This document shows positions 41,778-52,662 of a stretch of DNA of 64,000 nt, in pieces; positions within the stretch are counted from its first letter, which is position 1, and each line of letters opens with the position of its first letter. The position numbers and the translations under genes were made by a program. The notes under the pieces are model-generated. The model saw nothing but the letters and a program-made list of their open reading frames with translations. It had not been told where the DNA came from and ran no database searches. The DNA is from Ylistrum balloti (taxonomy: Eukaryota), in NCBI RefSeq assembly GCF_031769215.1, contig NW_026782349.1:367634-431633 (forward strand), given 5' to 3'.

Positions 41778-43261
41778 CATGTATACCATAAGTGGATAGT
41801 GTTGTATAATCACCTATTGATCAGGAGACGGTAGTTGAGAAATTATATCCGTGATTGTGTGATTGATATCTACATCAAAGTGAATGAAGACAATAAAAGT
41901 TTGGATGTGTTAATTCCTTGTGTATGCCCTATTGTTGGTGAATATGTTGTAATGGATGAGTATAGATTTATGCAGGACCTTCAGTCTACCTGTAGGTCTT
42001 GTACTGTGGTGCTGAACCACACAATAATGTGTGTAAGGATTCCTTGTATAGACCAATGTCTGCATAAGTAAATACATTCAGGAACTGGAGGCTAGCACTA
42101 CTGCACCTGAAAAAAATGTCCACCCATTGGAAGTGAGTTTGAATCAGCTATGTCAAGTTTGACTGAAATGTGATACTTGTCATTATAATAATCGGTCCTA
42201 ATGTGTTGCTGTTTTAATTGTTTAATTATGGCTTTATTAGCAATGCAGGCCAAACTTGTCTTATTTACAAAATCTAGTCTTGGAGTTGGACAATGTATGG
42301 TCACTGTTAAAAATCATTATTGTATGTATCGATAGTTTGGTAGTTTTGGTCCTTTCCAGATCTTCAGTTGTCAGGAGTGAAAGAGGACTTTTATATCAGA
42401 TGTGTGGTCATCACTGTGTGATGTTTTATATACTTCCATTTCATTACTGCTCTCTTCATTCATATGTCTTAGTAACAAAATTTAAAATTTGAAATATTGA
42501 GGGAAAATGGTTATGCTACACTTATCACAGCTTTATGTAAAATTGTAAATTAGTTTAAATCAAATGACATCAGAAAAAAAACTGACTAATAGGTTGCCAT
42601 GGTGATGAGCATCCACTTAGCGTTTAAACGGAGTAGTTTTATGGATACAGATTTTTTTTTGCTTAAGTTCTCAGCAATGTAGACAAAACATTTACATACC
42701 TTGATCATAACAGTGAGTGTTCAATAATAAGGATTGCAGATTTTATTTATTTCAGTATTTTGCTATTTGAATTTGTATGTAGTGCATATATATTGATATT
42801 CTGAACTACAGTGGAAAGACAACAGTATTTAGGTATTTGTTTGATCAGTGGACGACTCATTAGGACAGGAATGTGAACTATACATTCATGTATTTCCACA
42901 GCTGTTTTTACCTCAGATCATATTGGATATTTGTCCATTGATACTATACATGGTGACACAGACAAGGAGTAGGATAATTGCTTGATATGTCAATTATTTA
43001 AGTATTAATCAGGTTTATGTGTAAATTTCTTGTCCCTTTATCTCCTGCTCTATACATTATTCTTGCCAGGTTTATATTTGCACAACATGCCTTTCTTTAG
43101 CATTGCATTCTACATAATCTATGGGTTTATACAAAAATTTTATCAGGCATCAGCTTCATATTTTCCACTTGAAATGAAGCGGAAATGTTGTCAGTGCAGT
43201 TACAAACCAATCAGTAATAAGTTTGTGAACTGTAAACTACATTATGCTACCCCAACATGTC

Positions 43262-44350
43262 ACCAAACTATGTCTGTGGTATCAAGCTGATGTTAGATTT
43301 CATCACCTTGTGCCCCTGTCTCCACTCTTAAATCCACTCCCTTCTCACTTCGTCAGTGAGCTATGTCTGTGGTATCAAGCTGATGTTAGATTTCATCACC
43401 TTGTGCCCCTGTCTCCACTCTTAAATCCACTCCCTTCTCACTTCGTCAGTGAGCTATGTCTGTGGTATCAAGCTGATGTTAGATTCCACCACCTTGTGCC
43501 CCTGTCTCCACTCTTAAATCCACTCCCTTCACACTTAGTTAGTGAGCTGTGTCAGTGGTATCAAGCTGATGTTAGATTCCATCACCTTGTGCCCCTGTCT
43601 CCACTCTTAAATCCACTCCCTTCTCACTTCGTCAGTGAGCTGTGCCAGTGGTATCAAGCTGATGTTCGATTCCATCACCTTGTGCCCCTGTCCCCACTCT
43701 CTTAAATCCACTCCCTTCTCACTTCGTCAGTGAGCTGTCTGTGGCATCAAGCTGATGTTAGATTTCATCACCTTGTGCCCCTGTCTCCACTCTTAAATCC
43801 ACTCCCTTCTCACTTCGTCAGTGAGCTATGTCTGTGGTATCAAGCTGATGTTAGATTCCACCACCTTGTGCCCCTGTCTCCACTCTTAAATCCACTCCCT
43901 TCACACTTAGTTAGTGAGCTGTGTCAGTGGTATCAAGCTGATGTTAGATTCCATCACCTTGTGCCCCTGTCTCCACTCTTAAATCCACTCCCTTCACACT
44001 TAGTTAGTGAGCTGTGTCAGTGGTATCAAGCTGATGTTAGATTCCATCACCTTGTGCCCCTGTCTCCACTCTTAAATCCACTCCCTTCTCACTTCGTCAG
44101 TGAGCTGTGTCTGTGGTATCAAGATTTCATTGACTTGTGTTTCTCTCCCCACTTTTAAGTCCACTCCCTCCGAACTTTGTCAGTGAGCAGATGCTGTGGT
44201 AAAAAGCTGATATTAAACTCATCACCTTGTGCCCTTGTCTCTACTTTTAAGTCTGATCCCTTCTCACTTTATCAGTGAGCCATGTCTGTGGTATGGAGCT
44301 GATGTTTGATTCCGTCACCTTGTGCCCCTGTCCCCACTCTCTTAAATCCA
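43262..44350. repeat. Satellite with a 93-bp unit, about 11-12 copies, with diverged copies at the 3' edge
   Basis: The unit is gtcagtgagctatgtctgtggtatcaagctgatgttagatttcatcaccttgtgcccctgtctccactcttaaatccactcccttctcacttc. Because 93 = 31 x 3, it yields a stop-free repeated 31-aa pseudo-peptide, LCLWYQADVRFHHLVPLSPLLNPLPSHFVSE. Confidence 0.95.
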
Positions 44351-45944
44351 CTCCCTCCCCACTTTCTCCATGGCATGCTCCAATTTCTGTCATTGAAAGA
44401 TTTTATTTCAGCTTGTCTCTTGATCATTCTGATGTAAATATGATTTTAACAATGTTTAATTTTTTTAAAGACTCTTGTCTTCGTCAATACACCAAATTCT
44501 AAACAAAAAATGATTTAAATTGTTGTGTTGGATAAGAAATGGAATATTGGTACAAAGTGAGAAAGTTATTTGAAAATCAAGTATACAATCATTTGAGAGT
44601 ATACTATTGTTCATATACATGTACTACTGAAAGTAAGTCTCATGATATTTAACATGATATAAGAATGTTTATCTAGGTATTGTTGGAAGTCATGTGAGGA
44701 AGAGCATTTTTTCCTAATTTTACTCTCACCTCAACCAAATCTGAATAGACTGACATTCTCTAATTGGTAAAATTTTATTATTGTTCTGTCAATATCTTTA
44801 TTGTCACAGAGGGTGGTCAATTATTGTGACCTACCATATTCAATGCAAGTAAAATTATGAATATTCAATATTTAAACACAATTGTGTTGATTGATATCCG
44901 ATTTCTTTCATGAAATTGGAGTTGGAACAACATTCGGAAACCGTCCAATGATATCCTAGCTTCAGTGTACATATATTTCTGACTTGTGTGTAGAATTTTT
45001 AGACCAGATTGTTCTAGACTTAGCGCAACAGTATATGTATTGAAGTTCTCAGGACTTACAAAAGTTACACAAGTTATGATCCAAATTGTTTCAACAGCAG
45101 TCATGAAAATGAATATTTCTCACATCTATATTCAAAGGCAATGTTAATCATGCGGCCAAAATATAGTTAGACCTGTGAACAATAATGCAGTTGTATAAAA
45201 GTGACTTTTAATTTGCTCAAACTAAGAACTAGTTGTGCTTGTGACTGCATTTTACCAGTTATGGATCTTTGCATTATCCTTATTTATATCCTATTTTTGT
45301 TACATTTTACTTTTTATGTATATTTTAGCAGAATTTAGAACAAGCCGTTTTAGTTGCATTCGAAACATAGGGATGAAATCGTTTCAAAGCCATGACATTG
45401 TTACACATGATTGTTGAGGAAGTGCCCTATACATCTACATGTTTGTTGAGAGTCAGTCATAGGACAGTTCATTACCAGTCCTCATTTCTGCTTCATAATT
45501 CACTCATATGAACACTGTACAGTGGTAATCCTCCTCTGGTAAGGCTGCTGAAAGTAATGGCTTTTTTCTCTCCTTTGTTTTTACAACACAGTGTTATGTC
45601 AAATCATTCCTTTAAGTTATGGCATATCCAGCAATAGAGCTAAACAGGGGAGGCTACGTTACCTACGATCCTGTACAGTGTGTGACGACAACAGGATGGT
45701 GACCAACAACTAAATATGAATAAAATGTTTGAAAACAGAAAACTTTCCCTTCTGTTTTTTATATTTCTGAATTAGTTACTAATATTTGATTTTCAAAAAG
45801 ATAATTTAATGCATACATTTAGATCATCAAATACAAAGATGTGTTTAACAGCACTGACTCTATAATTAAGTGTGGCAACGTTAAAAGTAGTATCCAGTTG
45901 TTGGGTATAAAATACCACAAAAGAAATTTAACAACCACTGGTGC

Positions 45945-48705
45945 CTCATTCCTGTTAATGATATCAGGAAGGAAGACATTGTACAGTAGATACAAGGGTC
46001 ACATTTCTGTTAATGGTATCAGGAAGAAAGACATTGTACAGTAGATACAAGGGTCACATTCCTGTTAATGGTATCAGGAAGGAAGACATTGTACAGTAGA
46101 TACAAGGGTCACACATTCAGGAAGGAAGACTGTTACATGGGTCACATTCTGTTAAGGAAGGAAGACATTGTACAGTAGATACAAGGGTCACATTCCTGTT
46201 AATGGTATCAGGAAGGAAGACATTGTACAGTAGATACAAGGGTCACATTCCTGTTAATGGTATCAGGAAGGAAGACATTGTACAGTAGATACAAAGATCA
46301 CATTCCTGTTAATGGTCTCAGGAAGGAAGACATTGTACAGTAGATACAAGGGTCACATTCCTGTTAATGGTATCAGGAAGGAAGACATTGTACAGTAGAT
46401 ACAAGGGTCACATTCCTGTTAATGGTATCAGGAAGGAAGACATTGTACAGTAGATACAAGGGTCACATTCCTGTTAATGGTATCAGGAAGGAAGACATTG
46501 TACAGTAGATACAAGGGTCACATTCCTGTTAATTGAAGAAGTAAGAAATACATTGACTATGGTCTCAGGAAGGAAGACATTGTACAGTAGATACTAGGGT
46601 CACATTCCTGTTAATGGTATCATTAAGAAAGACATTGTACAGTAGATACAAGGGTCACATTCCTGTTAATGGTATCAGGAAGGAAGACATTGTACAGTAG
46701 ATACAAAGATCACATTCCTGTTAATGGTATCATGAAGAAAGACATTGTACAGTAGATACAAGGGTCACATTCCTGTTAATGGTATCAGGAAGGAAGACAT
46801 TGTACAGTAGATACAAGGGTCACATTCCTGTTAATGGTATCAGGAAGGAAGACATTGTACAGTAGATACAAGGGTCACATTCCTGTTAATGGTCTCAGGA
46901 AGGAAGACATTGTACAGTAGATACAAGGGTCACATTCCTGTTAATGGTATCAGGAAGGAAGACATTGTACAGTAGATACAAGGATCACATTCCTGTTTAT
47001 GGTCTCAGGAAGGAAGACATTGTACAGTAGATACAAGGGTCACATTCCTGTTAATGGTATCAGGAAGGAAGACATTGTACAGTAGATACAAGGGTCACAT
47101 TCCTGTTAATGGTATCAGGAAGGAAGACATTGTACAGTAGATACAAGGGTCACATTCCTGTTAATGGTATCAGGAAGGAAGACATTGTACAGTAGATACA
47201 AGGGTCACATTCCTGTTAATGGTATCAGGAAGGAAGACATTGTACAGTAGATACAAGGGTCACATTCCTGTTAATGGTATCAGGAAGGAAGACATTGTAC
47301 AGTAGATACAAGGGTCACATTCCTGTTAATGGTATCAGGAAGGAAGACATTGTACAGTAGATACAAGGGTCACATTCCTGTTAATGGTATCAGGAAGGAA
47401 GACATTGTACAGTAGATACAAGGGTCACATTCCTGTTAATGGTATCAGGAAGGAAGACATTGTACAGTAGATACAAGGGTCACATTCCTGTTAATGGTAT
47501 CAGGAAGGAAGACATTGTACAGTAGATACAAGGGTCACATTCCTGTTAATGGTATCAGGAAGGAAGACATTGTACAGTAGATACAAAGATCACATTCCTG
47601 TTAATGGTCTCAGGAAGGAAGACATTGTACAGTAGATACAAGGGTCACATTCCTGTTAATGGTATCAGGAAGGAAGACATTGTACAGTAGATACAAGGGT
47701 CACATTCCTGTTAATGGTATCAGGAAGGAAGACATTGTACAGTAGATACAAGGGTCACATTCCTGTTAATGGTATCAGGAAGGAAGACATTGTACAGTAG
47801 ATACAAGGGTCACATTCCTGTTAATGGTATCAGGAAGGAAGACATTGTACAGTAGATACAAGGGTCACATTCCTGTTAATGGTATCAGGAAGGAAGACAT
47901 TGTACAGTAGATACAAGGGTCACATTCCTGTTAATGGTATCAGGAAGGAAGACATTGTACAGTAGATACAAGGGTCACATTCCTGTTTATGGTCTCAGAA
48001 AGGAAGACATTGTACAGTAGATACAAGGGTCACATTCCTGTTAATGGTATCAGGAAGGAAGACATTGTACAGTAGATACAAGGGTCACATTCCTGTTAAT
48101 GGTATCAGGAAGGAAGACATTGTACAGTAGATACAAGGGTCACATTCCTGTTAATGGTATCAGGAAGGAAGACATTGTACAGTAGATACAAGGGTCACAT
48201 TCCTGTTAATGGTATCAGGAAGGAAGACATTGTACAGTAGATACAAGGGTCACATTCCTGTTAATGGTATCAGGAAGGAAGACATTGTACAGTAGATACA
48301 AGGGTCACATTCCTGTTAATGGTATCAGGAAGGAAGACATTGTACAGTAGATACAAGGATCACATTCCTGTTAATGGTATCAGGAAGGAAGACATTGTAC
48401 AGTAGATACAAGGGCCACATTCCTGTTAATGGTATCAGGAAGGAAGACATTGTACAGTAGATACAAGGACCACATTTCTGTTAATATTATTAGGAAGGAA
48501 GACATTGTACAGTAGATACTAGGACCACATTCCTGTTAATGGTATCAGGAAGGAAGACATTGTACAGTAGATACTAGGACCACATTTCTGTTAATATTAT
48601 TAGGAAGGAAGACATTGTACAGTAGATACTAGGACCACATTCCTGTTAATGGTATCAGGAAGGAAGACATTGTACAGTAGATACTAGGACCACATTCCTG
48701 TTAAA
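45945..48705. repeat. Satellite with a 55-bp unit, about 50 copies (2.76 kb). The core is highly homogenised and the edges are divergent.
   Basis: The unit is ggaaggaagacattgtacagtagatacaagggtcacattcctgttaatggtatca. Central copies at about 46800-48300 are nearly identical. Flanking copies carry variants such as aaagatcacattcctgttaatggtctca and taggaccacatttctgttaatattatta, plus a 40-bp insertion at about 46530. Confidence 0.97.
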
Positions 48706-49574
48706 TGTAAGACATGAAGAAAAATTAAGAAAGTTAATGGTATGAGACAGGAAAGATAACTATTTTATTAAATTAACAAAATCGACATTTCTACATCAGT
48801 GATGTGCATCAATCTTTACTAATAGCACTACTAACACGGACAGTGTTCCCTAAGTTGTTATTTTGTAAATTTTCTTTTCTCAGAAGGTAACATGACTGTT
48901 TTTGAAATATATCACAGTTGATGCGGTATTGTACGACCTGTTTCCTTTATTCTGATTGCCATGAAAGATGAAACGACTGACATGATAACTTGTTTCGAGA
49001 GAAGCATGTTGGTGCTGATTATGGAGCTATGTTTTCGTTGCCATCCCATTTCATCCCACTGGCAGATAATCTTGCGTGATGTGAAAATGTGTGATGCTCG
49101 TTAGTATGTTTGAGGATATTGTTGGATTGACCTTGATTTTTATTTTTTTTCCATCGTTGTAGACGAAGATATGTATCCATCCAAAACACCTGATCACATT
49201 CGCCTTACACTGTGTGATAGGTCTTCTATTCATTCGTCTTTTTTGCCAATTTATTCAGTTTAGATAATTTTTGATGTGTCAATAGGCTTTCGTTGTTTTA
49301 TTGAAACTTGGCGATAGCTTGTGCTAGTGAATGTTTTGTTCTAAAGCAGTCTTCACTCTGGAGCTATCTTCCAACAGTGTCTGTGGCATCCAATGTACAA
49401 GTATGTGGTAGAGTTGGTGACAGTTGGGACAGTGAATTAACAATTATTGTTCTCCACTGATAAATGAAGAGCACCCATATTTGTATTAACATTTCAACCT
49501 CACTGACCAAGCGATACTGACCGACGCGGTCATGCTGGCAGTGTATTAAACAAAAACTACAACATGGCATCATA

Positions 49575-49990
49575 ATTCAAACTCCAATTCCATAAAACTA
49601 GGACAAAATATGAACAAAAGAAAGATTTACACGGAAACTCCTGAAAAAGTACAAGGAGAATAAGACCACTGCATGAAACCGTTCTCATGCTCAAGCATGA
49701 ATTTTGTACGCAAGCCATATGTCTTAAGTTAAAAATTAATTAATAAGACTGATTTTGCCAAAGATTTTTTTTTAATTTGAAAGGACTTCAAGTCAAAGTT
49801 ATATTCAATGTTTATATTTGAAATGTTTATTATTTTATATGATTTAGGCGAATTATAAAAAAGTTTGCTTAAGCACAAACTCTATGCTTGAGCATGAGAA
49901 TGGTTTCATGAATACGGGCCCGGGGCGGGTGTTCCGGAAGAGTAGGTGTCTTTTGCTTCATCGATGAGCATCAAATACACCGAACTTCAT
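49575..49990 (+). repeat. Dispersed repeat copy (filled site) interrupted by the MITE at 49669-49930
   Basis: The flanking sequences 49600-49668 and 49931-49975 match the reverse complement of 18065-18240. Confidence 0.7.
49669..49930. mobile_element. Non-autonomous foldback/MITE-like insertion of about 260 bp with inverted-repeat ends
   Basis: The left end is catgaaaccgttctcatgctcaagcatga and the right end is cttgagcatgagaatggtttcatg, its reverse complement. The interior is AT-rich. The segment is absent from the paralogous copy at about 18065-18240, which marks the empty site. Confidence 0.75.
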
Positions 49991-51160
49991 GTCATACAAA
50001 ACTATAGAATATCTCTTAATGAAATCACTATGACGACCATAAACTTTCCCAATAATTTTTATCAACCTGCATATTTTGTACCCGTATATTACGAGTATGT
50101 CAGTCAGTTGACGACTTCTTGCACGGAAATCCTGATTTTATATCCGACTCCTTAGTCCTGTCACACGGATACAATGACCCATAGATTCAGCACTTGTCCT
50201 GCCCGGGATGCTGTAAAACAATGACCTTTTTGGTTTTGTATTTGTTACATAAAGTTGTCGCTTTCGTAGTTCTGGGCAAAACATTGCAATATGTATACTG
50301 TATATTTCTTTCCATCACTTTTTCCTCAGTCGCCTTCATGGTGTCATGTTTTAGGTTCTTTGCATCACTGACGAATTCTAGAAGGACAGAACAGCTTTAG
50401 GATGCAGTTTTATCCATTGTTTGGTTCCACTGTATCTAATTCAAATTTTCAGCTCACTTGTGTCTTTTGTACAACCTATGATGACCGAAACTCCACTACA
50501 GCTAATAGTTCGATTCGCTTTCACTTACCGTAAAAAGGAATTGTCTCAGGCTAAAGCTTAACTTTGGAAAGTAACTTAGAGACTTCAATAAGACTACTTA
50601 AGCCTGCCTTTTGAATCAGCAACACTACTTATTAATTAAACCAGCAATTTGCCGATGCTTACATCCCACCGTACTTCTAATAAAGAAATAACCTTGCAAT
50701 TTACATCGGTTCAGTTTCACGCAAACTGGAGATCTAATTCTTATCGAAAATATTAAACTAGAGATTTTAAAACGCTCGAGGAAGACTTAGCAGAGAGTGG
50801 ATGGCACAAGATGCTGCTATTTTTACACTCAACGTGAATAGAATGCATTTCATTTCGTCAATCTGAAAGGATTTAGCTGCTAACAAAATAGGAATATCTT
50901 GATACCGATGGCAGCAACACGTTTATCGATCTTACATAAAAAGTACATGGTTGTGCCTGTCTGTAAGGTATTTGATAACTTGAACATTTGCTTACAATAG
51001 GAACCATGTGTGAAAAGACTTGCATGATAATCATGAAAACACTACATTTTCCAATCTACTGAATGACGACACAATAGATACAAATGCTCCCTCTACGTTA
51101 GTAAATTGTTGGGTTTGTTCACTTCCGGGTTGCACACATTTTGGATCTCTTACATCGTTG

Positions 51161-52187
51161 AAAATACTACAGAACACATACACCTCGGTGATAATACTAC
51201 AGAACACATACACCTCGGTGATATTACTACAGAACACATACACCTCGGTGATACTACAGAACATATACACCTTGGTGATATTACTACAGAACACATACAC
51301 CTCGGTGATACTACAGAACATATACACCTTGGTGATAATACCACAGAACACATACACATCGGTGATACTACAGAACACATACACCTTGGTGATATTACTA
51401 CAGAACACATACACCTTGGTGATATTACTACAGAACACATACACCTCGGTGATACTACAGAACACATACACCTCGGTGATACTACAGAACACATACACCT
51501 TGGTGATAATACTACAGAACACATACACATCGATAATACTACAGAACATATACACCTTGGTGATAATACTACAGAACACACACCTCGGTGATAATACTAC
51601 AGAACACATAAACCTCGGTGATACTACAGAACACATACACCTCGGTGATACTACAGAACATATACACCTTGGTGATAATACTACAGAACACATACACCTT
51701 GGTGATATTACTACAGAACACATACACCTTGGTGATATTACTACAGAACACATACACCTCGGTGATACTACAGAACACATACACCTCGGTGATACTACAG
51801 AACACATACACATCGATAATACTACAGAACATATACACCTCGGTGATAATACTACAGAACACACACCTCGGTGATAATACTACAGAACACATACACCTCG
51901 GTGATAATACTACAGAACACATACACCTCGGTGATATTACTACAGAACACATACACCTCGGTGATACTACAGAACACATACACCTCGATAATACCACAGA
52001 ACATATACACCTCGGTGATAATACTACAGAACACACACCTCGGTGATAATACTACAGAACACATACACCTCGGTGATATTACTACAGAACACATACACCT
52101 CGGTGATACTACAGAACACATACACCTCGATAATACCACAGAACATATACACCTCGGTGATAATACTACAGAACATATACATGTGTT
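51161..52187. repeat. Satellite with a 27-30-bp unit, about 35 copies, with higher-order repeat structure
   Basis: The unit is cacctcggtgata[at/tt/-]actacagaacacata. A sub-block acatcgataatactacagaacatatacacct[c/t]ggtgataatactacagaacacacacctcggtgataatac recurs at about 51520, 51810, 51980 and 52120. The array is stop-free on both strands. Confidence 0.95.
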
Positions 52188-52225
52188 CTGCTGTTATTCA
52201 CCTTTTTCCCATATCAACCATTTCT

Positions 52226-52662
52226 TTAATTTGTCGTCCTCGTTTCATGTGCCCTTTTCCGTGATGTCAGTGTAAACCTCTCCTTTGTTAATATTTTAAC
52301 CTCGTTTCATGTTACCTTTTCCGTGGTGTCCTTGTAAACCTTTCCTTTGTTAATTTTTTAACCTTGTTTCATGTTACCTTTTCCGTGGTGTTCGTGTAAA
52401 CCTCTCCTTTGTTAATATTTTAACCTCGTTTCATGTTACCTTTTCCGTGGTGTTCGTGTAAACCTCTCCTTTGTTAATATTTTAACCTCGTTTCATGTAC
52501 CCTCTTCCGTGGTGTCCGTGTAAACCTCTCCTTTGTTAATATTTTAACCTCGTTTCATGTTACCTTTTCCGCTGTGTCCATGTAAACCTCTCCTTTGTTA
52601 ATATTTTAACCTCGTTTCATGTTACCTCTTCCGTGGTGACCGTGTAAACCTCTCCTTTTTTG
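52226..52662. repeat. Satellite with a 61-62-bp unit, about 7 copies, directly abutting the 27-30-bp array
   Basis: The unit is tgtaaacctctcctttgttaatattttaacctcgtttcatgttaccttttccgtggtgt[tc]c. A relic monomer-like stretch (gtgtaaatattttaatctcatttcatgg) lies at about 56705-56740. Confidence 0.92.

Noticed and set aside
51020-52275. Eight ORFs up to 284 aa on both strands
   Set aside because: They are all generated by the stop-free 27-30-bp satellite. Simultaneous openness on both strands and perfect periodicity argue against coding.
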